A stretch of 46,805 nt of DNA from Candidatus Levyibacteriota bacterium (GCA_049519175.1 JBEKQZ010000003.1:1-46805), one strand, 5' to 3'; positions 19,097-29,802 are shown, numbered from the stretch's first letter. Numbers and translations: made by a program. The notes: generated from the sequence alone by a model not told the origin.

Positions 19097-19927
19097 ATGC
19101 ATTCACCAATCTCAAACTTTATCTTTTTAGCTTATCCATTAATCAACATCATTGTTGCGATTTACCAAGGGCTTAATTTTTTACGCTTGCCGTTTGCTTT
19201 AGGCTTTTCGATTATTGTCCTAACAATTCTCATCCGGCTTGTCCTCTACCCTCTTACCGCGTATCAACTAAAAGCGACGAAAAAAATGCAGGATTTAACA
19301 CCGCATTTAAATAAGCTAAAAGAAAAACATAAGAACGATGCCAAAATGTTGCAAGCAGAAACAATGAAACTTTATAAGGAATTTGGAGTAAATCCTTTGG
19401 CCGGCTGTTTGCCGCTTCTAATTCAATTACCTTTGATTTATGCGCTTTATCAGGTTTTACAAGACGTCGTTAAATATAACATCTCACAAATAAATCAAGT
19501 GCTCTACTCTTCTGTTCCGAAGTTGACAAAATCATGGGACTTAACTTTTTTCGGTCTGCCGTTAGCGCAAAATCCTTCGCATCTCTTAACTACTGTTGGT
19601 CCAATTATTCTTCTTGTCCCAATTGCCACCGGAGTTTTCCAGTTTATCCAAACCAAAATGATGCTACCTCTTCCGGCGCAAAATACTGGCGATAAAAATG
19701 GTAACAAAAAAGACGAAAAGAAAAAAGATGATTTTGCCACCGCTTTCCAGTCGCAATCCCTATATATCTTCCCAATTATGATTGCTTTCTTTTCTTACAA
19801 CTTTCCGATTGGCCTGTCTTTATACTGGAATACGTTTACAATTTTTGGTATCATACAGCAATACAAAGTTTCAGGCTTGGGTGGTTTGAAAGAGTGGACG
19901 GATAAAATGTATGGCAAAAGTAAATAA
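19097..19927 (+). CDS. yidC: YidC/Oxa1 membrane insertase (short form)
   Basis: GFSIIVLTILIR, GVNPLAGCLPLLIQLP, GLSLYW. Confidence 0.95.
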   Translation: MHSPISNFIFLAYPLINIIVAIYQGLNFLRLPFALGFSIIVLTILIRLVLYPLTAYQLKATKKMQDLTPHLNKLKEKHKNDAKMLQAETMKLYKEFGVNPLAGCLPLLIQLPLIYALYQVLQDVVKYNISQINQVLYSSVPKLTKSWDLTFFGLPLAQNPSHLLTTVGPIILLVPIATGVFQFIQTKMMLPLPAQNTGDKNGNKKDEKKKDDFATAFQSQSLYIFPIMIAFFSYNFPIGLSLYWNTFTIFGIIQQYKVSGLGGLKEWTDKMYGKSK

Positions 19928-20360
19928 AAAGCAGGAAAAAGCAATTAAAAACTTTTTTGTTTCTTTGGGCGTTGACACAAAAATGGAAATTGCCGAAGAT
20001 GAGGAAACAATTGCGGTAACTTTGGAAACCGAAGATACCGGGATGTTGATCGGGTATCATGGCGAAACCCTAGAGGCGTTGCAATTAATCTTATCTTTGC
20101 TTTTGGCAAAACAAAACGGCGAATTTAAGCGAGTTTCGATTGAAGTCGGAGATTATAAGAAAAACCGCACCGAGTGGCTGGAAAGACTGGCGCTGGACGC
20201 TAAAGAAAGAGCGCTTGCGCAAGGGAAAGAAGTTTATTTGTCCGACTTAAAATCTTGGGAGCGAAGAGTTGTGCATTTACTTTTGCAAGATGATAAAGAA
20301 GTTGTTTCCGAGTCAAGCGGGGAAGGTAAAGATAGGGTTTTGGTTATTAAACCCAAGTAA
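19911..20360 (+). CDS. jag: Jag/KhpB (EloR) RNA-binding protein, KH plus R3H, no Jag_N domain
   Basis: LIGYHGETLEALQ; ERRVVH; SESSGEGKDR. Confidence 0.9.
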   Translation: MAKVNKKQEKAIKNFFVSLGVDTKMEIAEDEETIAVTLETEDTGMLIGYHGETLEALQLILSLLLAKQNGEFKRVSIEVGDYKKNRTEWLERLALDAKERALAQGKEVYLSDLKSWERRVVHLLLQDDKEVVSESSGEGKDRVLVIKPK

Positions 20361-21630
20361 AATCTCCAGGCTCTTTTTTTATCTTCTTATTTTATTTTTG
20401 CCAACACAGCTGGGAAAACATTTTTGGCCAGATTTCTCTTTTGTTTACGGTTTAAGACTTGATTACCTCTCCCCTACCCTTTATTTTACTGACATTTTTA
20501 TTCTTCTTATTTTCATTTTTTTTCTACCCGAATTCTTCGCTAGTCTTAAAAAAATTCCTCAAAAATATCTCATTGTTTTTGGCTTATTTTTACTTTCTCT
20601 TTTGGTTGGTCTTATTGGGGCTAAAAATTTTTGGGCCGGAATTTACGGAATAATTAAGTTTTTAGAATTTTCATTTTTAGCTTATTTTGTCAGTCAAAAT
20701 TATAAAAGTTTCAGTCAAAAAATTTTATTTTCCTGCGTTTTATTATCAATTATTTTTGAATCTTTACTTGCTTTTTTGCAGTATTTTAATCAAGGTTCAA
20801 TTGGTGGAATATTTTATTTATTTGGCGAAAGAACTTTTACCGCGGAAACGCCGGGCATTGCCAATGCCTCAATTAACGGTCAATTATTTTTAAGGTCTTA
20901 CGCCACTTTTTCGCATCCGAATGTTCTGGCCGGATTTTTAGTTTTGGCAATGCTATTTCTTTTGCTAGTTGCTTTCAAAAATAAGCAACTAAGAGTCTTC
21001 GTTTGGTTGGGAATTATTTTGGGGACCTCGGCTTTACTAATAACGCTTGGTCGGTCCGCAATTTTTCTTTGGTTTATTTATTTAATTTTTCTATTTGGAC
21101 TTTGGTTGTTTGAAAAATATAAGAAACACAAACTGAATCCGTTACAAGTTTCCCTTTCAATTTTAATTTTTGTTGGGATAGTAATGATTTTAATTTTACA
21201 AAACAATTTTATTTTACAAAGATTTTTAACGACTAATTTGTCAGACGAGTCGTTAGTGCAAAGGCAAGAGTTAATAACACAATCTTTAAATATGTTTTGG
21301 AAGAGTCCAGTGTTGGGTGTTGGCATTAATAATTATTTTAATAATCTTAATTTTATTGCGTCAAAAGAAAATACTTTTCTAATTCAGCCGGTGCATAATG
21401 TCTTCTTATTAGCTTTGTCGGAGACAGGACTAGTTGGTTTTTGTTTACTCATTTTCATTTTTATTAAAAGTTTTATCTCAGTTTTTAATAAAAAACAAAT
21501 TCGGAAATATTTACTGCTGGCAATTTTCGCCATAATTTTCTTAGGACTATTCGATCATTATTTTTTCACTCTGCAACAAGGACAGTTGTTGCTCTCGCTT
21601 GTTTTAGGGATAAGTTTTGCAAAATCCTAA
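20269..21630 (+). CDS. O-antigen ligase (WaaL/Wzy_C)-family membrane protein; true start probably downstream of 20269
   Basis: RSYATFSHPNVLAG, GVGINNY, PVHNVFLLALSETG; multiple TM segments. Confidence 0.85.
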   Translation: MCIYFCKMIKKLFPSQAGKVKIGFWLLNPSKISRLFFYLLILFLPTQLGKHFWPDFSFVYGLRLDYLSPTLYFTDIFILLIFIFFLPEFFASLKKIPQKYLIVFGLFLLSLLVGLIGAKNFWAGIYGIIKFLEFSFLAYFVSQNYKSFSQKILFSCVLLSIIFESLLAFLQYFNQGSIGGIFYLFGERTFTAETPGIANASINGQLFLRSYATFSHPNVLAGFLVLAMLFLLLVAFKNKQLRVFVWLGIILGTSALLITLGRSAIFLWFIYLIFLFGLWLFEKYKKHKLNPLQVSLSILIFVGIVMILILQNNFILQRFLTTNLSDESLVQRQELITQSLNMFWKSPVLGVGINNYFNNLNFIASKENTFLIQPVHNVFLLALSETGLVGFCLLIFIFIKSFISVFNKKQIRKYLLLAIFAIIFLGLFDHYFFTLQQGQLLLSLVLGISFAKS

Positions 21631-21654
21631 AAACGCTTGTGTTAGAATGTCAAT

Positions 21655-22899
21655 ATGCAGCATAAATTAATTGTCAAAAACACCTCTTATCAAATCTTCG
21701 CCCGCGGTGTAACTGCTTTTTTCGGGTTTTTAATTACTTTGATTATTGCCAGAAAGTTTGGCGTTTTTGGTTACGGAGATTTTACCAAAATTACCTCTTA
21801 CGTCGCGCTTTTTTATCTGGTGATTGACTTTGGTCTAAATGCTTTTTTCCTGCAATACGAAAACGCGAAGTTTAAGCATTTATTTTACCTGCGTATGCTT
21901 ATCTCGCTTGGAATATTTTTGCTGCTTAACGGGTTGGCATTCTTCCTTCCTTACAATGCGGTTTTAGGCACCGGCTTTTCCACGGCAGAAAGATTTGGAA
22001 TCTTTGTTTTTTCCTTCGGTATTTTTGCCCAAAGCATCATTCTTTCGGCCTCGGCAGTTTTCCAAAAAACCGTCAATTATTATTTTTACATGATCGGAAC
22101 AATTATTGGTTCGGCCGTTAACTTAATTGTCGTTTTATTTTTTGTATATTTAAATTTGCCGCTCATTTACATCTTATTCGGCTTTGCATTTAGTAGTTTT
22201 GCCGGCGCTTTGACACTGCTTTATTTTGTCAAAGAAAAAGTCTGGCCGTTTTCCCTAGATAAAGCCTTTACATTAAGAATTATGAAGGCTTCCTGGCCAT
22301 TAGGCCTGATGCTTATTTTTAATTTGGTTTATTTTCGGGCCGATATGGTTTTGTTGTCGATTTTGAAAACTACCCAAGACGTTGGAATTTACGGTTTGGC
22401 TTATAAATTCTTTGATTTCCTGATTGCGCTGCCTCTTTTCCTTTCCAACGCAGTTTATCCATTTTTAATCAAAGCAAAATCAAATCGCCAATTATTTTTT
22501 GGCGCAACCGGTAAATATTTTTTGGTTTTCTTACTCTTTTCAGTTGTAGTGATGATTCCTTTTTGGTTTATTTCGCCACTGTTCACTTTAGTCAAGGCCG
22601 ATTTTGCCGCTTCAATTTTCCCGTTTCGGATTCTCTTACTTTCTCTACCGTTTTTCTTTACGACCAGTTTATTACAATGGGCGCTGATTACTTTGGGGGA
22701 ACAAAAATATTTAATGCTGGTTTATTTTTTCTGCACGCTGATAAATATTATCTTAAACATTATTTTTATTCCGCAGTTTTCTTACATTGCCTCGGCGACC
22801 ATCACTTTAATTTCGGAAGGAATTGTTTTTGTCTTTTTGCTGGTGCCGCTTCTAAAATATAGAATTATATCAGAACAGAAAGGACAAACCAGTGCCTAA
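21655..22899 (+). CDS. Wzx-like polysaccharide flippase
   Basis: KNTSYQ, IDFGL, YFRADMVLLS...VGIYGLAYK; 12 or more TM segments. Confidence 0.85.
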   Translation: MQHKLIVKNTSYQIFARGVTAFFGFLITLIIARKFGVFGYGDFTKITSYVALFYLVIDFGLNAFFLQYENAKFKHLFYLRMLISLGIFLLLNGLAFFLPYNAVLGTGFSTAERFGIFVFSFGIFAQSIILSASAVFQKTVNYYFYMIGTIIGSAVNLIVVLFFVYLNLPLIYILFGFAFSSFAGALTLLYFVKEKVWPFSLDKAFTLRIMKASWPLGLMLIFNLVYFRADMVLLSILKTTQDVGIYGLAYKFFDFLIALPLFLSNAVYPFLIKAKSNRQLFFGATGKYFLVFLLFSVVVMIPFWFISPLFTLVKADFAASIFPFRILLLSLPFFFTTSLLQWALITLGEQKYLMLVYFFCTLINIILNIIFIPQFSYIASATITLISEGIVFVFLLVPLLKYRIISEQKGQTSA

Positions 22900-23320
22900 T
22901 GTTATAGTGTTTACAGATGGGGGAGCCAGAGGTAATCCCGGACCGGCGGCCTTGGGAGTTTTTATTCAAGACGCGAATGGTAAAGAGTTGGCAAGAATCG
23001 GCAAGACGCTTGGCAAAACCACCAATAACGTCGCCGAATATTCGGCGATTGTCGAAGCTTTAAATTGGCTTCTGGAAAATAAACAGCGTTTAAATATCGA
23101 AAGCGTCAATTTCAAAATGGATTCACAACTGGCTTGTTCTCAGCTCAATGGAATTTATAAAGTGAAAAATCCGAAGATTAGAGAACTTATTTTTCAAATT
23201 AGACAAAAGGAAGCCGAGCTTAACGTCCCGATTGCTTATGCCCATGTCCGCCGTGAGCAAAATACCAAAGCGGACTTTATGGTTAATCAAGCTCTGGACA
23301 ACCAGTTAAAGAGCTACTAA
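22892..23320 (+). CDS. rnhA: Ribonuclease HI
   Basis: FTDGGARGNPG, TNNVAEY, MDSQL, HVRREQN..AD. Confidence 0.93.
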   Translation: MPNVIVFTDGGARGNPGPAALGVFIQDANGKELARIGKTLGKTTNNVAEYSAIVEALNWLLENKQRLNIESVNFKMDSQLACSQLNGIYKVKNPKIRELIFQIRQKEAELNVPIAYAHVRREQNTKADFMVNQALDNQLKSY

Positions 23321-23330
23321 AATAAAGCAA

Positions 23331-26012
23331 ATGAACCACACTGCCTTTGTGACAAACGAAAACAATCCAGACCGCCCAATTTTAGTGGTGGATAGAAAAG
23401 GCGAAATTGGGCAGGCTTTAATAAATGAACTTAAAGAGCAGGCTGTAGTGGTTTACGTTAGCAGAATGGCTCCGGAAGCTACAACTAACGTTATTTTCGT
23501 GCCTTTTGATAAGCAATTTCCGACCATTCCCGACAATAGTTATTCCCACATTTTTTTAATTGACGAAGAATTTGAGATTAGCAAAAACGTCATCAAGCCA
23601 TTTCTTAAAAAAGCCGAAGCCGATAAAGCTTATCTGGTTTTAGCAGTCAACGCAGCTTTTGTGGAAGACGCTTTCCCGTTGGATTTTATTTCGTCATATG
23701 ACAAGGCCAAAATTGTTATCCTTGGCGATATTTTTAAAAAGGACGCGCTTTACGATTCCAGCTCGGAAATAAATCAATATCTGGTGCAAATAAAAACCAG
23801 CGGTAGAATAAACGTCCCCAGTGACGGGACGCGGTTGGTGGCGCCGGTGTTGTTTGACGATATCATTTTCGGCATTTTGGAAACGGTTTTTGGCACGGAA
23901 GAAAATAAAATCTTTTATCTTTTTCCAAAACACCGTATCACGCTTTTATCACTCGCACACATTTTCCAAAAACTGGACCCGGATTTAAAAATAGATTTTG
24001 CCCGTGACGATAAAAGGTTAAAACACGAATTTAGTCCTCCAACAGAGGGAAAGTATTTATTGGGGGAGTCGTATGATTTGGAGGGTAAAATAAAAAAAAT
24101 TAAATTTGCCGACATTAAAGTCACCAATGTTTATGAGCAAAAAATTTCTGTTCAACCGGAAAAGCAAAAAAAGAAATTCCGATTCAAAGCGTTGATTTTA
24201 TGCGTGCTTTTACTATTAATATTACCGTTTCTAACCACGCTTATTTTCGCAGTGGTGGGAGCGGGAGCATTATTGGTAACAAAAAATGAAATCGAAAAAG
24301 GGGAGCTCTTGGTAGCCAAAGCACCGGTACTTTTGGCGGTGAATAGCTTTAGCGTTGCCTCGCTTTCCCTGCAGGTTTTAACCGATGAAACGACGCCAAT
24401 TGGTTTAGAGAACGCGCTGGGAGGGGTTACAAAAAACATTAATCTGGGAGAGAATATCTCTACTGCGCTGGTATCGGCCATCGACGCCTCGGATAAAATG
24501 AAAGCTGTCTTAACCGGCACTTCAGCAACTCCGGCAGCGGATTTTTCCAACGCAACACTGGAAATAAAAAGTGTGCTTTATGTTTATGATAGCGAAAAAC
24601 AAGCTAAAATAATTCCAGCAGACTTAACCAAACAACTCGATAGCTTAACCCAGATAATTTCTTCAACGATTGATTTTTGGCCGGATGCGCTGGGCTTTCA
24701 AGGGACTAGAAATTATCTAATACTTTTTGAAAACAACATGGAGCTTCGGCCGGGTGGGGGATTCATCGGCTCATATGGATTATTAACGCTTGAAAAAGGT
24801 AAGATTGTCGGTTTTAAAATTTATGATGTTTATGATGCTGACGGACAGCTCAAAGGACATATTGAACCGCCATATCCCATCAGAAGGTACCTGCCGTCAA
24901 TCAATTGGTATTTACGCGACAGCAATTTTGATGTCGATTTTTCTAAAGGCGCGGTCGCTTCGGCGGTTTTTCTCAATACGGAAATGCAGCAAGCGGTGGA
25001 CGGAGTTATTGGCGTTGACTTATCATTCATCAAAAACTTATTAGGGGTAGTTGGACCGGTCACGGTTTCTGATTACAACCAAACAGTTAATGCGGATAAT
25101 TTCTATCAAGTTACCCAGGCTCACGTCGAAGATAATTTTTTCCCCGGCTCAACGCAAAAAAAAGATTTTCTCACTTCTTTTTACAATGCTTTACAAACTA
25201 AAATCGCCTCACAAAAAAACCTATCATATCTAAGCTTTGCGCAGGCGCTCATTAGTTCTATCAATGAAAAACACTTATTGTTTGCTTTTAATAACGTCAA
25301 CGAGCAAACGGCGTTTGCGGTCAATGGTTGGTCCTCATCGCTGATTGAAGATAGCTCGTCCAGTAATTCATTGATTGATGATTTTGTGGGAATTAACGAA
25401 GCAAATTTAGGCGGCAATAAAGTCAATTATTATATTTCCAGAAACGTTTCGCAAGCAGTCAGTATTAGAAGCGACAAAAGTATTAATGAAATATTGACGG
25501 TGTCTTTCAAAAATTCGGCTCCTATTAATTCAGGCGCCCAAGGAACGTATAAAAATTATCTGCGTTTTATCTTACCGCTTAATGCCACAATTTCCGGTAT
25601 TCAAATTGATAATCAGGAGCAAAAAATTATTCCGGCCATTACCGATCCGACAATTTATGAAGCGAAAGGTTTTGTCTCCCCGGTTGGACTTGAAGTGCAG
25701 AAAGATACAGAGGAAGGTAAAACCATTTATGGATTTTTGGTAAATATTGATCCGCAAACCACAAAAACGATCAAGTTGGAATATGCGCTGGCGCAAACTA
25801 TCGATACCACGCAGTCGCAGATTTCCTATCAGCTTAAAATCTTCAAGCAACCTGGCGTTGATGTTTTGCCCTATGCTTTCTCTTTGAATTTCCCCAATAA
25901 CTTAAAAGTTGTCAGCGCCGACAAAAACATTCAGTCAAGCGGTCAAAATGCCACTTTGACAACGCAAGTCGAGGAAGATAGAGAAGTGTCAATTAACCTA
26001 GCCTCCAGATAA
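23331..26012 (+). CDS. DUF4012-family membrane protein with an N-terminal degenerate epimerase/Rossmann-like region
   Basis: YLILFENNMELRPGGGFIGSYG, LRDSNFDVDF, VDGVIGVD, NLGGNKVN. Confidence 0.8.
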   Translation: MNHTAFVTNENNPDRPILVVDRKGEIGQALINELKEQAVVVYVSRMAPEATTNVIFVPFDKQFPTIPDNSYSHIFLIDEEFEISKNVIKPFLKKAEADKAYLVLAVNAAFVEDAFPLDFISSYDKAKIVILGDIFKKDALYDSSSEINQYLVQIKTSGRINVPSDGTRLVAPVLFDDIIFGILETVFGTEENKIFYLFPKHRITLLSLAHIFQKLDPDLKIDFARDDKRLKHEFSPPTEGKYLLGESYDLEGKIKKIKFADIKVTNVYEQKISVQPEKQKKKFRFKALILCVLLLLILPFLTTLIFAVVGAGALLVTKNEIEKGELLVAKAPVLLAVNSFSVASLSLQVLTDETTPIGLENALGGVTKNINLGENISTALVSAIDASDKMKAVLTGTSATPAADFSNATLEIKSVLYVYDSEKQAKIIPADLTKQLDSLTQIISSTIDFWPDALGFQGTRNYLILFENNMELRPGGGFIGSYGLLTLEKGKIVGFKIYDVYDADGQLKGHIEPPYPIRRYLPSINWYLRDSNFDVDFSKGAVASAVFLNTEMQQAVDGVIGVDLSFIKNLLGVVGPVTVSDYNQTVNADNFYQVTQAHVEDNFFPGSTQKKDFLTSFYNALQTKIASQKNLSYLSFAQALISSINEKHLLFAFNNVNEQTAFAVNGWSSSLIEDSSSSNSLIDDFVGINEANLGGNKVNYYISRNVSQAVSIRSDKSINEILTVSFKNSAPINSGAQGTYKNYLRFILPLNATISGIQIDNQEQKIIPAITDPTIYEAKGFVSPVGLEVQKDTEEGKTIYGFLVNIDPQTTKTIKLEYALAQTIDTTQSQISYQLKIFKQPGVDVLPYAFSLNFPNNLKVVSADKNIQSSGQNATLTTQVEEDREVSINLASR

Positions 26013-26056
26013 TTTCTATTCTCCCTTGGTTGTTATATAATAAAGTCATCTAAAGA

Positions 26057-28531
26057 ATGGACAAAATTTATAACAACAAAGAGGTTGAAGAAAAAATCTA
26101 CAAAGATTGGGAAGCAAAAGGCTATTTTAAACCTCAGGGAAGATTTGGCAACCAGCAAAAATACTCAATTATCTTGCCCTTGCCAAACGCTAACGCGCCG
26201 TTGCATTTTGGCCACGCTATGTTTGTCATTGAAGACATTTTAACCAGGTATCACAGAATGCAAGGCGCAAAGACTGAGTGGTTGCCGGGCGCCGACCACG
26301 CCGGTTTTGAAACGCAATTTGTGTTTGAAAAAAAACTCCAAACCGAAGGCAAATTCAGATTTGATTTCGACCGCGAAACTCTTTACCAAATGATTTGGGA
26401 TTTTGTCCAGAGCAACCGTCCGATAATGGAAAGTCAATTACGAAGACTTGGTTTTTCGCTGGATTGGGAAAAAAGTAAATTTCCGCTGGAAAAAGATATT
26501 GTAAAAATTGTTTGCGAAACTTTTAAGAACCTTTTTGATGACGGATTAGTTTACCGAGCGAAAAGATTAGTTAATTATTGCACTTTTGACGGCACTTCCT
26601 TTTCCGATTTGGAAGTAATTTATGCAGAAAAGCCAGCCAAATTATGGTTTATCAGATATCCGCTGGCTGACGGCGGTTCAATCACAGTTGCTACCACCAG
26701 ACCGGAGACAATGCTCGGCGATACGGCAGTGGTGGTTAACCCTAAAGACAAACGGTATCAAGGCTTGGTGGGGAAAAGCATAAAACTGCCGTTGACTGGC
26801 CGAGAAATTAAAATTATTGCGGATGAATCGGTCGATTTAGAATTTGGCACAGGAGCGGTCAAAGTTACTCCGGCTCACGACCCCAACGATTATGAACTAG
26901 GGCAAAAACATCAGCTGGAGCAAATCAGCGTGATTGGTTTTGACGGTAAAATGACCAAAGAAACGGGGGAGTTTGCAGGTCTTTATGGAAAACAGGCGAG
27001 AATAAAAGTGGTAGAAAAGCTGTCCGAATTAGGGCTGTTGGAAAAAGAAGAAAATATCACACATCAGGTACCGGTTTGTTATAAATGTAAAAATCCGATT
27101 GAACCGCTTTTAATGGATCAATGGTTTGTCAAAATGCAGCCGTTGGCAGAGCCGGCCATCGAAGCTGTCAAAAAGAAAGCCATTAGAATATATCCGCAGA
27201 GTTTTGAAAAACTATACCTGCAATTTTTGGAAAATATCCGCGATTGGAATATTTCCCGCCAGATTGTTTGGGGAATTCAAATTCCAGCGTGGTTTAGGAG
27301 TTGGAAGCCCGACAAAAATATTCAAGAAGTTGGTTTTCATGAGAGAACAGTGGAGCAAGTTCTTAATAACAAAACGAGAACCTATCGATTAAGGGATTAC
27401 GGATTAAAAGAAGGAGATAAAATCGCTTTGGTTAATAGTCAGGCAGAAAAAGTTTTTGGCTACGGAACAATTCAGAAAATTGCAATAAAGAAAGTAAAAG
27501 AAATTGATTTAAAAGATGCCAAACATGGCGCAAAATATGAAAAAGTTGAAGAGTTAATTGAAGCTTTCAAATTTCATCATCCACAGCAAGAAGTGTCGGA
27601 AGAGACAGAGGTTTGGATTTATGATTATTCTTTCGGGGTTTTGAAAGAGGGAATTGTTGATGAGGTATTCGCCGGAGAAGGAAAGCCAAAAGGTGAGGGT
27701 TGGAAACAGGATCGGGATGTATTCGATACGTGGTTTTCGTCCGGACAATGGCCATATGCGACTTTAAAAACAACGGACTCCTTAGAGTTCTATCCGACCA
27801 CTGTTATGGAAACCGGCTATGATATTTTGCGCTGGTGGGTAGCCAGAATGGTAATGTTGGGAATTTACATCCAAAAGAAAAACGGAGTAGAGGAGTTAGC
27901 CAAACAAATTCCTTTCCAAAATATTGTTTTGCATGGTTTAGTCAATGATCCTTTAGGAAAGAAGATGAGTAAAAGCAAAGGAAACGTTGTTAATCCGATG
28001 GAAATCGTTGACCAGTATGGAGCTGACGCTATCCGTTTTGCCTTAGTTTACGGAACAGCGCTTGGTAACGACCAAGCTCTTTCTTATCCAAAGCTGGAAG
28101 CCATGAGAAAGTTTTCCAACAAGCTTTGGAACATGGCCAGGTTTATAGAAATGCAGAATGAAAAGTTTTCGCCAGAGGAATTAAAAGATATTTATCTCGG
28201 TCACATAAAACTTACTGATATACATGTAGATGACCAAAAATTTCTTAAGAATAAAATTGATTTTGAGAAAAAAATCACAAAATACCTCGATAACTATGAA
28301 TTTAATTATGCGGCTCAAGACCTTTATGAATATACATGGCATAGGTTTGCAGATGAATATATTGAAAGTGTAAAACTAAGAGTTGATGTTAATTCTTTAA
28401 AATCAATTAGAGAAGGTTTCAAATCAATTCTGAAACTTTTGCATCCGTTTATGCCGTTTATCACGGAAGAAATTTATACCAGGCTGTATGGTGGGACAGG
28501 AAACTTAATCATTAGTCAGTGGCCTAAGTAA
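26057..28531 (+). CDS. valS: Valine-tRNA ligase with an inserted domain and no C-terminal coiled-coil arm
   Basis: HIGH-like HFGH, ATTRPET, GTGAVKVTPAHD, DWNISRQ, DTWFSS, KMSKS. Confidence 0.97.
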   Translation: MDKIYNNKEVEEKIYKDWEAKGYFKPQGRFGNQQKYSIILPLPNANAPLHFGHAMFVIEDILTRYHRMQGAKTEWLPGADHAGFETQFVFEKKLQTEGKFRFDFDRETLYQMIWDFVQSNRPIMESQLRRLGFSLDWEKSKFPLEKDIVKIVCETFKNLFDDGLVYRAKRLVNYCTFDGTSFSDLEVIYAEKPAKLWFIRYPLADGGSITVATTRPETMLGDTAVVVNPKDKRYQGLVGKSIKLPLTGREIKIIADESVDLEFGTGAVKVTPAHDPNDYELGQKHQLEQISVIGFDGKMTKETGEFAGLYGKQARIKVVEKLSELGLLEKEENITHQVPVCYKCKNPIEPLLMDQWFVKMQPLAEPAIEAVKKKAIRIYPQSFEKLYLQFLENIRDWNISRQIVWGIQIPAWFRSWKPDKNIQEVGFHERTVEQVLNNKTRTYRLRDYGLKEGDKIALVNSQAEKVFGYGTIQKIAIKKVKEIDLKDAKHGAKYEKVEELIEAFKFHHPQQEVSEETEVWIYDYSFGVLKEGIVDEVFAGEGKPKGEGWKQDRDVFDTWFSSGQWPYATLKTTDSLEFYPTTVMETGYDILRWWVARMVMLGIYIQKKNGVEELAKQIPFQNIVLHGLVNDPLGKKMSKSKGNVVNPMEIVDQYGADAIRFALVYGTALGNDQALSYPKLEAMRKFSNKLWNMARFIEMQNEKFSPEELKDIYLGHIKLTDIHVDDQKFLKNKIDFEKKITKYLDNYEFNYAAQDLYEYTWHRFADEYIESVKLRVDVNSLKSIREGFKSILKLLHPFMPFITEEIYTRLYGGTGNLIISQWPK

Positions 28532-28532
28532 A

Positions 28533-29030
28533 ATGAAGTTTAAAAACATCAAACAAGTAAAACGCAAGAAAGCTCCGCCTATTCATAAACCACAGAAAAA
28601 GAAAGTAGGGGAGTCGGGAAAAAAGTTACAATTCCCGAACATTTACCGATTTATTACCGAAAAACTATCGTTTAGATTACCTTGGCAGCCTAAATTATCA
28701 AAAATGGCATTTTTGGTGTTAGCTTCAATTTCGATTCTAATTTCCTTGGTTTTAGTCGTCGGAATTGCTATTTTCGTAGTGATTACTTACCAAAACTTTA
28801 GTCAAGTAAACCAAATTAATAACCAAAGGCAGGTTTTGCAAGGAAAAGTTAATTTTTGGCAGTCAATTAGCGACAAATATGACGGTTATAAAGACGCGTA
28901 TTTTCAAAAAGCAGTGTTGGAATATAATTTGGGGCAAATTGATAAAGCCAGGCAGGATAATTTGAAAGCTTTACTTTTAGACCCGAATTTTACGGACGCC
29001 AAAAAACTGGAAGCCGTTCTGGACAAATAG
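28533..29030 (+). CDS. Membrane protein with a C-terminal TPR-like repeat
   Basis: Basic N-terminus, one TM segment, YKDAYFQKAVLEYNLG...ALLLDPN. Confidence 0.75.
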   Translation: MKFKNIKQVKRKKAPPIHKPQKKKVGESGKKLQFPNIYRFITEKLSFRLPWQPKLSKMAFLVLASISILISLVLVVGIAIFVVITYQNFSQVNQINNQRQVLQGKVNFWQSISDKYDGYKDAYFQKAVLEYNLGQIDKARQDNLKALLLDPNFTDAKKLEAVLDK

Positions 29031-29765
29031 TTACTCCTTAGCAGGCTCTTGAGGTTTTTCTTCTTTGGCTTCGGCCGGTTTTTCTCCGCCTTCGGCGGCA
29101 GGCACTTCTCCCTCAACCGGGACTTCGCCTTCAGCCACAGCTTCAGGTGCGGCTTCCGCGGCAGCTTCGGCTGCGGCAGCAGCTTCTTCGGCGGCTTGAG
29201 CCTGTGCTTCTTTAGAAACGAGTTCCGCAATCTTGGCGACTACTTGTTCGGCTTCGGTCAAAACCGTCACGCCTTCCGGAACCTTGAGGTTGGCCACAGT
29301 AATTTGGTCATTAATACTGGCTAAATGTTCAACGTTAACTTCGATTTTTTCCGGAAGCTCGGTCGGCAAGGCTTCGACTTCGACTTCGGAAATAATATTC
29401 ATTAAAATTCCGACTTTGTCCACAACCGCTTTAGGCTCGCCGGTAACTTCCAAAGGTACCATCGTCTTCACTTTTTCTTTAAGGTTAACCTGGAAGAAAT
29501 CCGCGTGAAGAATTTGTCCGTGGAAATTCTTTTGCATATTATGGATTAAAACCGGAGTAACTTTACCGTCAAGCTCGACATCGACCAAACCTGTTTCGCC
29601 GGCTTCCTTATAAACCGCCAAAAAGTCTTTTTCCGGAACCTGGACGGCGGTGGATTTTAAATCTTTGCCGTAAATATTGCAGGGTAAAATGCCTTCACGT
29701 CTTAATTTTTTAACTTGTTTGCCTAAAACCGTACGTTTTTCGACTTTTAAATTGTATCGCTTCAC
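29031..29765 (-). CDS. rplY: 50S ribosomal protein L25/CTC
   Basis: KKLRREGILPCNIYG, ILHADF, LPEKIEV, acidic Ala/Glu tail. Confidence 0.95.
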   Translation of the reverse strand: MKRYNLKVEKRTVLGKQVKKLRREGILPCNIYGKDLKSTAVQVPEKDFLAVYKEAGETGLVDVELDGKVTPVLIHNMQKNFHGQILHADFFQVNLKEKVKTMVPLEVTGEPKAVVDKVGILMNIISEVEVEALPTELPEKIEVNVEHLASINDQITVANLKVPEGVTVLTEAEQVVAKIAELVSKEAQAQAAEEAAAAAEAAAEAAPEAVAEGEVPVEGEVPAAEGGEKPAEAKEEKPQEPAKE

Positions 29766-29802
29766 AAGAACCTATTTTACAGGAAAGAGAGTTTCAATAC
29801 AA

